DNA from: Prorocentrum cordatum
Lineage: Eukaryota
Assembly: GCA_963575745.1 (NCBI GenBank)
Contig: CAUYUJ010000243.1
Location: 1-64,000 of the forward strand
DNA: 64,000 bases
Direction of reading: 5' to 3'
Shown here: piece after piece, positions 10,066 to 19,930 of the stretch
Layout of the letters: every line of letters begins with the position of its first letter
How positions within the stretch are numbered: position 1 is the first letter of the stretch
The notes under the pieces: generated by a model
The model's database searches: none
The model's input: the letters and a program-made list of their open reading frames with translations, nothing else
Told to the model about the DNA's origin: nothing
Made by a program: the position numbers and the translations under genes

Positions 10066-12636
10066 TCAATAGGGTTCCTGAGTGGCCCGACCCTTGTCTT
10101 TGCCTTTGTCAGCCCCTGGGGGCCCCGTCCCTGGGGTGACCTGGCCTGGTTGGTCAATCCACCCGCAGACAGCCACGGGGTCGGCAACTGATGCAGCTTC
10201 CTCCTTTTTTGTTTCGAGGGTGGCCACCTGAGGCAGGTGGATGGTGCCCCCCGTGAGGTGCCCGAGGAGGGCCTGGATGTCGCCACGCAGTGCAGCAGCT
10301 TCGGTAGTTGCCGTCTGTTGCTGAGTGACGACGGTGGCGAGCCCTCGTTCCAAGCCTGAAACGTGCTCCGTGAGTGTGGCCTGGGATGAGAGAACGCCCG
10401 CAAGCTGAACCTGCATGTTATCCACCGTGTTGGCAAGCAGCTCGTGCTGTTGTTCCATGTGTTGGATGCGGGTCGTGGCGGCATCTGACAGTTTAGGGGC
10501 CGTTGCGAAGCGTTCGCCGAGGGTGTTCAGTTCGCGAGATGCCACGCTGAATTCATCCCCTGATGAGAGGATCTCAACGTCGTCAGCGTCGCCTGGTACC
10601 TCGGCGGCTGTGGCAGCGTCCCCTTCCGTGTGGCCCCCGCCTTCAGCCGCCACCGTGCCAAGTTGCGGGTCATGACCACCTGGTCCTTGGACGGCCGTCT
10701 GCTCGGCAGCTCCATCCGTGCCGTGCGGGGGTGCAGAGGAGCTGCGGCCTGGGGCGCCGTGTGATCTTGCGTGCGGCGTGGCGTCGCGTTTCCCACTGGA
10801 GGATCGGTGGCGCTTGGCTAGAGGCTCCTCCTTGGGGATCGGGAGCGGTGCGACGCCCTTGCCTTTGGGCGTGGCAGTCATGAGGTCATGGAGGTAAGGG
10901 CTCTGGGCCGCTTTGGTTAGGAGTGTGCCCGTGGCGGGGCTGAAGCCGCCACCACGGGCTGGCGGCGTCACAGGCTCTGTGATAGTGGTAGGGGTGACAA
11001 TGGTAACGTTGTCCCTCTTCGGCACCACCTCAGCCAACGGGGCCTCGGTGATGCTCCACGGGATGGGGCACCCTGCGACCTGTACCGTATATGTGGGTGG
11101 GGGACGATGGGCGCGCACTAAGGCAAACTGAGCCGAAGTGGCTGGGTCCCAGGCGGTGTGGTAGACCTCACAGTCCCATTTGACGGACGGGCCCGTGAGA
11201 GTCTTAGCAAGCTGGGTCAGCGTGGCGTGGCGTGCCGCAATGCCAGTGATGCGGTATCGCGTCTTGGCGAGGGTGGCTTCACAGCCACGGATGCTGACGG
11301 CAGCAGCCTTGGCGGCGTCTGACCCTCGTGCAACACGGATCCCCAATAAGCCTGACTTGCCGTGCCTGACGACTCCTAGGGCCTTGAAGTCCACCGACTT
11401 CTGGAACGCATCTGCCATCGTGATGGGCTGGTCCTCAGGGAACCACACGGTCTGGTACTTGTCTGCAGTGGGCTCGTCTGCACCTACGTTGCTGAGGTCG
11501 TAGGTGGCGCCGAGTTGCCCTGAACCCGCCAAGACCTTGTCAACCGCTTGAAGACTGACGCCGAAGGTGGCAGCCAGGGACCTCTTTCCGACGCCCGATC
11601 CGTACCTGCCTAGGCTTTTGCAGGGTTCGAGGATGGTGACGGCTTTAAAGTTGCCGTGGAAGAGGGCCTTGAAGGTGTCCTGGAGCTGACTATCGAGCTC
11701 CTGGCGGCGAGCGTCTTTCTTGGACTCCCTGTGCTTTTGGTTTTGGCGCGCCTTGTCCTGTGGAGCGGAGTCCCCTCGGAAAGGACCCTTGGCGCGTGGA
11801 CCACCGTTCACGGGGGCACCTCCCGAGAACTGATCCTCGAAAGCCTGATGCATGGAGGGGACTGCGGCGATGGCTTCGGTTTCATGTATGGTCACCCGAA
11901 TCCAGCATACGTGGTCGGCAGGATCGATGGTGGCGACGGCTACTTTTTCCGTGCAGGCGACTTCCTTGGTGCCCAGCTGGTACACGGTCACGGGGACGTG
12001 CGTGTGGACCACTTTGGGCGCCTTGGGGTGACGCTTCAGCACGGGGACGGCGAGCTCGGTACCGACGTAGTTATCGTTTTTTGGGCCCATGACAGCAATC
12101 GCAAGCTGACCCGTGGTACGCTTACCCTGCTCGAGGTGGTGCTGCAGCAGCCGTTCACCGCTCTCGTAGTCGTGGAGGCTGATACTGGGCTTGTACGTCT
12201 TGCCGTCGTCAAGTGATGTGGGTTCGGCCAGGACTGGGACCTTCCAGAAGGCCGGGTCCAAGGCAATGAATTGGGCGTCCGCAGCCTGAAGACGTGCGGA
12301 CGCAGCTGGTGGGTGTGATGTGTCACCACCAATGCGCTTAGGCTTGCTGCGCTGGTGGTGATCCAGCGTGTAGCTGATCTGGTTGGCGGCACACATGCGG
12401 ATCAAGGCACTGCCGAGCTTCTTGGTGTTGGTCTTGTGCATGTCGTACGTGGCCTGCAGCTCGTCCGCGTTCAGCTCGGCGAGCCCGTTGTATGCGGCCG
12501 TGGGGCGGTCAGACCCCGCTTGCTTGAAAGCTGCAATGCAGTCCTGCTTGCGTTGGAGGAGGGACCCTTCAGCTGCAGGACGTGAGCTCGGCGGCTGCTT
12601 GGAAGAGCGACGGCGCTCCGGCTTGCCGGGGGCCAT
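10066..12636 (-). CDS. ORF1-like protein of the LINE (856 aa; globular middle, coiled-coil-like C-terminal part)
   Basis: Uninterrupted ATG-started ORF ~150 bp from the element's 5' end. Heptad-like stretch TRIQHMEQQHELLANTVDNMQVQLAGVL...LRGDIQALL. ORF1 role is inferred from position. Confidence 0.65.
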   Translation of the reverse strand: MAPGKPERRRSSKQPPSSRPAAEGSLLQRKQDCIAAFKQAGSDRPTAAYNGLAELNADELQATYDMHKTNTKKLGSALIRMCAANQISYTLDHHQRSKPKRIGGDTSHPPAASARLQAADAQFIALDPAFWKVPVLAEPTSLDDGKTYKPSISLHDYESGERLLQHHLEQGKRTTGQLAIAVMGPKNDNYVGTELAVPVLKRHPKAPKVVHTHVPVTVYQLGTKEVACTEKVAVATIDPADHVCWIRVTIHETEAIAAVPSMHQAFEDQFSGGAPVNGGPRAKGPFRGDSAPQDKARQNQKHRESKKDARRQELDSQLQDTFKALFHGNFKAVTILEPCKSLGRYGSGVGKRSLAATFGVSLQAVDKVLAGSGQLGATYDLSNVGADEPTADKYQTVWFPEDQPITMADAFQKSVDFKALGVVRHGKSGLLGIRVARGSDAAKAAAVSIRGCEATLAKTRYRITGIAARHATLTQLAKTLTGPSVKWDCEVYHTAWDPATSAQFALVRAHRPPPTYTVQVAGCPIPWSITEAPLAEVVPKRDNVTIVTPTTITEPVTPPARGGGFSPATGTLLTKAAQSPYLHDLMTATPKGKGVAPLPIPKEEPLAKRHRSSSGKRDATPHARSHGAPGRSSSAPPHGTDGAAEQTAVQGPGGHDPQLGTVAAEGGGHTEGDAATAAEVPGDADDVEILSSGDEFSVASRELNTLGERFATAPKLSDAATTRIQHMEQQHELLANTVDNMQVQLAGVLSSQATLTEHVSGLERGLATVVTQQQTATTEAAALRGDIQALLGHLTGGTIHLPQVATLETKKEEAASVADPVAVCGWIDQPGQVTPGTGPPGADKGKDKGRATQEPY

Positions 12637-12790
12637 TGCGGCGGGCGCTCTGGTGGGGAGAGAGGTGACGCGAATCAGTAGGGTCCTGCTGGGACCCCTC
12701 CGGTCTCGCGAGGCCTGGGAGTCTGACTCCGAGGCGGGGCGCTTCGCGTCGCGGCTGCGGTCTGAGTGCAGGGCACTCTCGAGCCGAGAC

Positions 12791-12859
<69 letters not shown>

Positions 12860-12877
12860 GAGAGAGAGAGAGAGAGC

Positions 12878-12913
<36 letters not shown>

Positions 12914-12938
12914 GCGAGAGAGAGAGAGAGAGAGTGAG

Positions 12939-12984
<46 letters not shown>

Positions 12985-13085
12985 CGAGAGGAGAGAGCGA
13001 CAGAGAGCGAGAGAGAGCAAGAGAGAGCGAGAGAGCGAAAGAGAGAGAGAGAGAGAGATATAGAGAGAGAGAGAGAGAGAGAGAT

Positions 13086-13137
<52 letters not shown>

Positions 13138-13151
13138 CGAGAGAGGGGGGG

Positions 13152-13182
<31 letters not shown>

Positions 13183-13234
13183 GAGAGTGAGAGAGAAGAG
13201 AAGAGAGAGAGGAGTGAGAGAGAGGGATGAGATT

Positions 13235-13290
<56 letters not shown>

Positions 13291-13303
13291 GGTGAGAGAG
13301 GGG

Positions 13304-13360
<57 letters not shown>

Positions 13361-13363
13361 GAG

Positions 13364-13397
<34 letters not shown>

Positions 13398-13400
13398 CGA
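12791..13400. repeat. (GA)n microsatellite, imperfect, ~600 bp, followed by (GGA)n
   Basis: Directly visible. Confidence 0.98.
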
Positions 13401-13506
13401 GGTGGAGGGGGGCGAGGAGGGGGGCCAGCGGGAGGAGGAGGAGGAGGAGGGGGAGGGGGAGGGGGAGAAGGAGGAGGGAGAGAAGGGGGAAGGGTGTCAC
13501 TGCCAC

Positions 13507-14389
13507 CTGGTCAATGCCGACACCCGCCCGGCACGTTCTTGCGCCAGGCCAGTCGCATTTTCCAGCACGCACCCCCATGATCCTCCGCAGCGCATCAATA
13601 TAATAATCCACTGGGCGATTCTGACGAAGACAAAGGATCGGTCATCCGCAAAACCTGAGTGCGCTCCAGTCCCCGCCCATGGCGGGCACGGTGGCCCTGT
13701 GACCAGAAGGTCTACTGGGCGCTCCAGGTTCTCGAAGGGCATCTGAGCGAGGTCGCCCGCCTGGGGGGGTTGGGGCGCGCGTCGGGAGAATGCAGGCAGC
13801 GCCCCGCAATTCCGGATAAGAGTGAGGACGCGGGTGGGCGAGCGCGGCGCCTGCGAACCATTTGCGACCCACCCGCTTCGCGACCCGCCCGCGACCCATC
13901 GGCCCCGCGAGGGGCCCGAAAGCCCGCGGGGGCCCCAGAAGCAAAAGGGAGGAGGGATGGTACATTTTCGGTCGGAGGGAAGGGCCCAACACGTGGCCCC
14001 ATGACGGTTCCAAGAGGCCCCCAGGACGGATCCTTCAGCCACCCACCCAGGGACATTGGAAGACCGTTCAGCCCCTCATTCTGATAACCGAACCATTTTT
14101 TTTTGGGGGGGGCACGGCCAGGCACCTCCCGGCCAAGGTGGAGCTCGCCCTCGATCGAAAACTGTCTGAGCCAGCTTCCGCACCCCTCCTCCAGATCCCA
14201 GCAATTGTTGTAACTGCTGGGGATGCCCAGCGCCTCTAAACACACGCCGCACCCGTTGATTCCGACGCAGGGGCTTGCGACGCGGAGGCGCCTGCCCAAA
14301 TTCGGTACCCAGCCAGCGAGGCCGCGAAGATCCCACGGCCTAGGTGTGGCCGCGGCTTCTCCCTCGGCTTGTCGCCTCCAGTCCGCCAT
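13507..14389 (-). CDS. C5-cytosine DNA methyltransferase (Dcm/DNMT-like), N-terminal half; exons 14389-14126 and 13760-~13507
   Basis: Motif I-like LRVASPCVGING, then CWD. A GT..AG|G intron at 14125-13761 joins HLGRE|AGDL in frame. Motif IV VDLLVTGPPCPPW (Cys codon 13686-13688), DDRS, motif VI-like VLENATG. Motifs VIII-X are not found in the window. Confidence 0.85.
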
Positions 14390-14842
14390 TGATGCCCGCC
14401 GAGCCGGGCCAGTCGGACTCTTGGGCAGCACGGCCACTGAGGTGATGGGGGCGAGCCTCCCGTCGAATCGTTCGGGCCCCATCCACGCAGCGCTCCTCGG
14501 ATCACCGCTCGAAGTCGCGAGCCGCTCAGCCTTTGGAGGGCCGAGCGTCTCCGAATGGGGAAGCACGAATTGGCCGCAGGGCGTGGGGGCCGAACGACTC
14601 GGAGAGGGTTCCGAACGACGTGCGAGGCGAAGTAGGGCTTCTCGGGACCTCAAGGGGGCCACGACGCGGCTCCTACAGGACCGTTGATGGTGTTGATGTT
14701 GCTTGGTTTGCTGTTCTGGGGGGGGTGCGCCCCCCCTGAGAGGCGTAAAAACATTTGTTGTTTTGACCTCGCTCACCTCCCTCTCTCCAGAAAGCGGAGT
14801 CACCGCCACGCAGGTGGCCGATCAGAGGCGCTGAAGGGGGAG

Positions 14843-15050
14843 GTACGGTGCAGGTACGGTGTAGGTACGGTGTAGGTACGGTGTAGGTACGGTGTAGGTA
14901 CGGTGTAGGTACGGGGTAGGTACGGGGGAGGTACGGTGTAGGTACGGGGTAGGTACGGTGTAGGTACGGTGTAGGTACGGTGTAGGTACGGGGTAGGTAC
15001 GGGGGAGGTACGGTGTAGGTACGGGGGAGGTACGGGGGAGGTACGGGGGA
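14843..15050. repeat. 11-bp tandem repeat (GTACGGTGTAG / GTACGGGGGAG)n
   Basis: About 18 units directly visible. Confidence 0.95.
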
Positions 15051-15592
15051 GGTGTGGGGGAGGTTTTTTTTTTGGGACAGTGCTTTGGATTTCCACCCCG
15101 AATCTTACATAGAATTTTTGAAACACCCCAAGAATCCACCATGATTTTGTTTCCGCGGTCGGCGGGCGGCGATGCGGAGGCGAGGGAGCGGTGCTAGCCG
15201 ATCATGAGGAGGAGGAGGAGGAGGAGGAGGAGGAGGAGGCCCTCCCCCTCCCCAATCCCGCCCGCACCTCCCTGGCGGACAAGAGCACCAACACCGTCGG
15301 GCTCCAGAAACTGGCTTTCGCCACGCCGCCGAGCGAAGGGAAGTGTTGGGAGGTACTGAAGAGGGGGTGGGCTTCGCCCCTCCGGGGAGAGGAGGAGGAG
15401 GAGTAGGAGTAGGAGGAGGAGGAGGAGGAGGAGGAGGAGGAGGAGGAGGAGGAGGATCTTCCAGGCTAGCTGGCTACAGCGCGGGGGCAACGCCACCCGC
15501 CGCGTTTCTTCCTCAGGGCGCGCGCGAGCTATGACCACCGCGCATAGCTCTAGAAGCCTAGAGGTCCAAGACAGTTTCAATCGTCAGTCGCC

Positions 15593-16746
15593 TCAGTCAG
15601 CCTTGTGCTCCTCCACGAGGCTCAAGATGCGGGCAGCGATCGCCTCCGCGCGCTCGATCGTCTCGTCGACGGTGTTCGTCAGCTCGGCCATATCGTTCTT
15701 GGAGACCTGGCTGCAAGCCTTGATCTTCTCAACGTTGCCCTGCAGGGAGGTCATCTCGGCCTCAACCTTGGTGAGCTTCGTGAAGAAGTGGCCCGGGACG
15801 GCACCCGCAGCGTCGGGCGCTTTACCTCTCGCCAGGGCCTCTGCGACGTTCACCTTGCACTGCCCGATCCTCTGCTTGAGCGACTCGAGCTTCTTCTTCA
15901 CGGGCCCAGTGAGGGCTTTCTTCGCCGAGGCCTTGCCCCCGTCGCCGTCGACCTCCTTCTTTTTGGGCGCCTTCTTCGACTTGATGTCCACCTCGGCCTT
16001 GCGCTTGCGGATGCTGTCGCGGACGCGCCCGTTCTCCTGCGCGTCTTTGTGCTCTGGGATCTGCGGCATGTCGACGCCGCGCACGGCGCAGTGAATCATC
16101 TTGGCGTTTTTTTTGTATAAAAAATGTTCTCCCACTGAGTTGGCTTGTTCTTGTACTTCTCTTCCGCCTCGTCGTAGTCAATGCACGCGCCGCCCTGCGC
16201 GGTCTTCACGACGACCCGAGTAGTCTCAGCCTGCTGGACGGTCTCTTGGATCGTCTTCATGAGGTCGGCGCCGAAAGCGGCGCGCGCGTCGCGCATGAAA
16301 CCAACGCGCTCGTCGGGAGTCAGGATGTCGAGCTCGCTGGCCGCGCCGAGGCGCTGGATGCGGCTCTTCAAGCGGTTGCAACTCGTGCACCGAAACTGGC
16401 CCCTGCCATTCTGCACGCGGCTGCACTGCCCCTGAGGGGCGTCCAACTTGCACGAGCAGCAGGTCTGGATGCCGAGCGACGGGTGCTCGGTCAGTGCCTT
16501 GCTGGAAAACGAAAATAGGCAGGGCCTTCGATGATGGGCTGCCCATCAGGTTTTCACGTGCCAGGCTACTGTGGTCTCTCCTCCTCCTCCTCCTCCTCCT
16601 CCTCCTCCTCCTCCACATGTTCCTTTCGCGCCTCGTGGCTCTTCCATCCCCCCATCCCCCGCGTCCTCTCACGTTGACTGCCCGGCCACCTCAACGGCCG
16701 CCTGCACCGCCCTGCCGCCCGACGATACCTGCTCCACGCCCGCCAT
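15593..16746 (-). pseudogene. Hypothetical protein with N-terminal CxxC...CxxC Zn ribbon, Lys-rich NLS-like patch and helical C-terminus; frameshift in an A/T homopolymer near 16110
   Basis: Predicted exon 16746-16690 (MAGVEQ..AVE), GT..AG|G intron 16689-16498, then exon ALTEH..CCSCKLD..FRCTSCNRLKSRI..EEKYKNKPTQWENI. The frame then switches to NAKMIHCAVRGVD..RKRKAEVDIKSKKAPKKK. Confidence 0.6.
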
Positions 16747-17097
16747 CTCTGCTGTCGCTGCCGCCGCCGGTGGGACTGCTGTGAGATCGCAGCTGGGCTT
16801 GCCAATCCACGTCGCGGCGAAGCCTGCGACCTTGAGCCTAGAAGCTCTCGCAGGGCCTGCAAGAGGGCTCCACGTGGGGTAGGCTGTGCGAAGGCAATGG
16901 ATGAACCCTAAGTTGCGTGAGACCTCCTGGGGCCCTCTTGGGGGCTTGTTGGAGCGAACAGCCAGCATGCTCAAACAGGCTCCCCCTGCGCCCTCCTGGG
17001 GCCCTCGTGGGGGCAAGTCGCGCGACCTCCTCTTAGGGCATTATAAGGGAGGGCCCCCTAGGATGCCCTCTGGGGCCCTATTCGCGCCCACCAGGGC

Positions 17098-17375
17098 CCC
17101 GCCGTTGCCGCGCCGTTGCCATGCCGTTGCCATGCCGTTCCCATGCAGTCGCCATGCCGTTGCCATGCCGTTGCCGCGCCGTTGCTATGCCGCTGGCGTG
17201 CCGTTGCCATGCCGTAGCCATGCCGTAGCCATGCCGTTGCTACGCCGTAGCCATGCTGTAGCCATGCCGTCGCCATGCCGTTGCCATGCCGTTGCCATGC
17301 CGTTGCCATGCCGTTGCTATGCCGTTGCCATGCCGTTGCCATGCCGTCGCCATTCCGTTGCCATGCCTTTGCCAC
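17098..17375. repeat. 11-bp tandem repeat (GCCGTTGCCAT)n
   Basis: About 24 slightly diverged units directly visible. Confidence 0.95.
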
Positions 17376-17429
17376 GCCGATGCCAGCCCCAGATCTTTAT
17401 AAAACTAAGAACCCCAAGAGGTCCCCAGG

Positions 17430-17805
17430 AGGGCTCCAAGATGGTTCCGAGGGTGACGAAAAACAAGATCCCGCGGCATCTTGCTCTCTGTCCATTTCGG
17501 CCCCCCCCTGGAGCCGCCTTGGGGGCCTCTCGGGGCCGCCTTGGGGCCCTCTTGGAGGCCTCCTAGGGCTCCAAGGTGCTCCCAAGAGTGACGAAAAGCA
17601 AGATGCCGCGGCATCTTGCTCTCTGTCCATCTCGGGCCCCCCCTGGAGCCGTCTTGGAGGCCTCATGGGGTCTCCGTGGGGCCCTCTTGGAGGCCTCCTG
17701 GGGCCCCCTTGGGGCCCCAAGAGAAGAGGGCCCCAGGAAGGCTCCAAGATGGTTCCAAGAGTGACGAAAAGCAAGATGCCGCGGCATCTTGCTCTTTGTT
17801 CATCC
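17430..17805. repeat. Three diverged copies of a unit containing CCAAGAGTGACGAAAAGCAAGATGCCGCGGCATCTTGCTCT (palindromic core AGCAAGATGCCGCGGCATCTTGCT)
   Basis: Copies start at about 17432, 17567 and 17740. Confidence 0.85.
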
Positions 17806-18042
17806 AAGCAGTGCTTGCTTGCATTTAGGGAGCAGCAAGAGTGGTCCCGAGAGAGCCACAATAACGTTTCGTGAGGCTCCCGGGGGGGCCCGAAGGGGTT
17901 CCGAAAGCGCCCCAAGATGACACTTTGAGGATTGCCGCAGGACTGCGAAGCCTGCCCTTGCAGGAGAACTCTTCAGTAGGACCTGTTTTTCCAGAGCGCG
18001 GAAGCGCGGCGCGAGCGCCTACTGAATTGATCCGTGCGTGGG

Positions 18043-19014
18043 CTAGCCGCGCGGGGCAGCACGGGCGCACCGTGCTTCGTGACAGTGGCCGGCTCTGTAT
18101 GCCCAGGCACGCCAAACGGCCGCTTCGGCGCGATCAACCATGTCAGGGGAGAACTGCAAGGCCCCGCCAGGCCGCCGCGTGACGGCCCAGCTGTCCCAGT
18201 GCCCGAACCATGGCCAGGATGGGTCGAACTCTGCAGATCGCGGGAAAAGCGGGTCGCCGTCCAGTGCCATCTGGAGCCGCCTGCGATTCGCCTCCAGCCG
18301 CGCGCACGCGTCGGCTTCTCCTGCAAGCTGCACTCTAGCGGGTTCTCCAGCATGCGGGCGGTCAGCGTCGACGGTATCGACGTCCATGAACGTGGGAGTG
18401 ATGTCGGCTGGCTCTGCCAATGTGCCAATCTCGCACGATCGATCTCCAGCCGCATGTACATCAGAGGCGCACTCCGCGCCGTTGGGGGCTGGCTCTGCCA
18501 ATGTGCCAATCTCGCATGGTCCATCTCCAGCCGCATGTACATCATGATCAGAGGTGCACTCCGCGCCGTTGTCGGCTGGCTCTGCCAATGTGCCAATCTC
18601 GCATGGTCCATCTCCAGCCGCATGTGCATCATGATCAGAGGTGCACTCCGCGCCGATGTCGGCCGGCTCTGCCAATGGGCCAGTCTCGCCCGAACCATGT
18701 CCAGCAGCGCGTAGATCGGGAAGGCTGCCGCCGCGCAGTACCAGGCACGCTAGCTCGTGCGCCTGCTGGAGCCGCTCCTTCGGGCCTCGCACCGTTAGTG
18801 TTCGACGTGGCCTGCCCCTCACGCTCTCTTTGCAACCAGTCGCCAGGGGTATCTGCCTTACTCCATCCGCGAAGATGGTGCCCGATTCTAGAACGAATGG
18901 GCCCAGGAAGCCGTCGCTGCTCTCCTGCTGGGAGGACCCCATTCTTGAGCAAGAACGGCAACGGAATCGATTCCCGCATGGGGGTCTTGCCAGGCGGCGA
19001 AGCCTGCCCGGCAC
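18043..19014 (-). CDS. Hypothetical protein with a degenerate KH-like domain followed by an ~29-aa internal repeat
   Basis: GVRQIPLATGCKESVRGRPRRTLTVRGPKERLQQAHELA resembles the KH helix-TG-strand-strand-G-helix pattern, but the GxxG loop is not intact. EIGTLAEPADNGAECTSDHDVHAAGDGPC occurs ~3.5 times at 18400-18680. Confidence 0.45.
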   Translation of the reverse strand: MPGRLRRLARPPCGNRFRCRSCSRMGSSQQESSDGFLGPFVLESGTIFADGVRQIPLATGCKESVRGRPRRTLTVRGPKERLQQAHELACLVLRGGSLPDLRAAGHGSGETGPLAEPADIGAECTSDHDAHAAGDGPCEIGTLAEPADNGAECTSDHDVHAAGDGPCEIGTLAEPAPNGAECASDVHAAGDRSCEIGTLAEPADITPTFMDVDTVDADRPHAGEPARVQLAGEADACARLEANRRRLQMALDGDPLFPRSAEFDPSWPWFGHWDSWAVTRRPGGALQFSPDMVDRAEAAVWRAWAYRAGHCHEARCARAAPRG

Positions 19015-19429
19015 GACCCCTCAACGGGAGGGCAGGGCGGCCTAAGGCGGCCAGGGCGGCTGGGGGAGGCAGGCGGAGGCAGGAGGTTGAGGCGCAAGGA
19101 GAAGGAGAACGAGGAAAAGGAATCAGGGCGAGGAGGAGAAGGCAGGAGAAGGCAGGAGGAGGAGGAGGACGACGACGAGGCAGGATGATACTATCAGACT
19201 AACTTCGGAGATGCTCATGCGAGATCCTACGGTCTGAGTAGATTGCTGACTATAGCTGGGATTCTATCGGGGCCACTCGGGGCTTAGCTGGGATCCGATC
19301 GGGGCCTCTTGTGGTTCTTCTCTCAGGCCGTCTTGGGGTCATTTCGAAGTCCCTGGGCCTCCCGCGGGGGGTGGGGCAGGGACGAGCCCTCCTGCTGCGT
19401 TTTCGCTCCTCCTGCCCCTGCGATTCTCC

Positions 19430-19930
19430 CCCCTCTTCCTCCTCCTTCCCCCTCGCCCTCCTCCCTTTCCCTACCCTGTTTTTGTCTAGCGCACTGGCAG
19501 GCAGGGGTGGATCGCGCCTTGAGTCTTGACCCACGGCACTGCTGACAGGACGCTCGCCAACTGAAACGCGCACCGAGATCCCGAATTAGCATAACATCCA
19601 TCGCCTCACGGAGACAACACCGAGAGCTCAACTGCACCCCCCCCCCCTCGTCAAAAAAAAAAAAAAAAAACGAGGTCCCGAATTGGCATAAAGTCCATTG
19701 CCTCTCGGAGACAACGCCGAGAGCTCAACTGCGCCCCCCCCTCCCTCGCCCTCGTCCTTTTCCCTGCCCTGTTTTGTCTAGCGCACTGGCAAGCAGGGGT
19801 GGATCGCGCCTTGAGTCTTGACCCACGGCACGGCGGATAGGACGCTCGCCAACTGAAAAACGCACCGAGATCCCGAATTAGCATATCATCCATTGCCTCT
19901 CGGAGGCAACACCGAGAGCTCAACTGCAAA
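19430..19930. repeat. Direct repeats 3' of the transposase: two ~190-bp copies plus a third ~60-bp sub-copy
   Basis: CCCTGTTTTGTCTAGCGCACTGGCA..GGATCGCGCCTTGAGTCTTGACCCACGGCAC at ~19474 and ~19766. CCCGAATT.GCAT..GAGAGCTCAACTGC at ~19580, ~19677 and ~19871. Confidence 0.9.

Larger units (their letters stand above)
1..12790 (-). mobile_element. Large non-LTR (LINE-type) retrotransposon, degenerate; 3' end lies beyond the left window edge
   Basis: Minus-strand order is ORF 12636-10066, ORF 9906-5026, ORF ~5130-3089, APE endonuclease (~2870-2030), RT (~900-1). The 5' end abuts a (GA)n tract at 12791. APE followed by RT is the standard LINE ORF2 layout. Whether all upstream ORFs belong to the element is inference. 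Confidence 0.8.

Noticed and set aside
148..12793. Plus-strand ORFs overlapping the LINE
   Set aside because: They are antisense shadows of GC-rich coding sequence; all recognisable motifs are on the minus strand.
12766..13746. Poly-ER/LS, poly-E/G/R, poly-H/T/V, poly-D/M and similar ORFs here and at 28450-29055, 36675-37420, 44533-45193 and 59465-63910
   Set aside because: They are translations of microsatellites.
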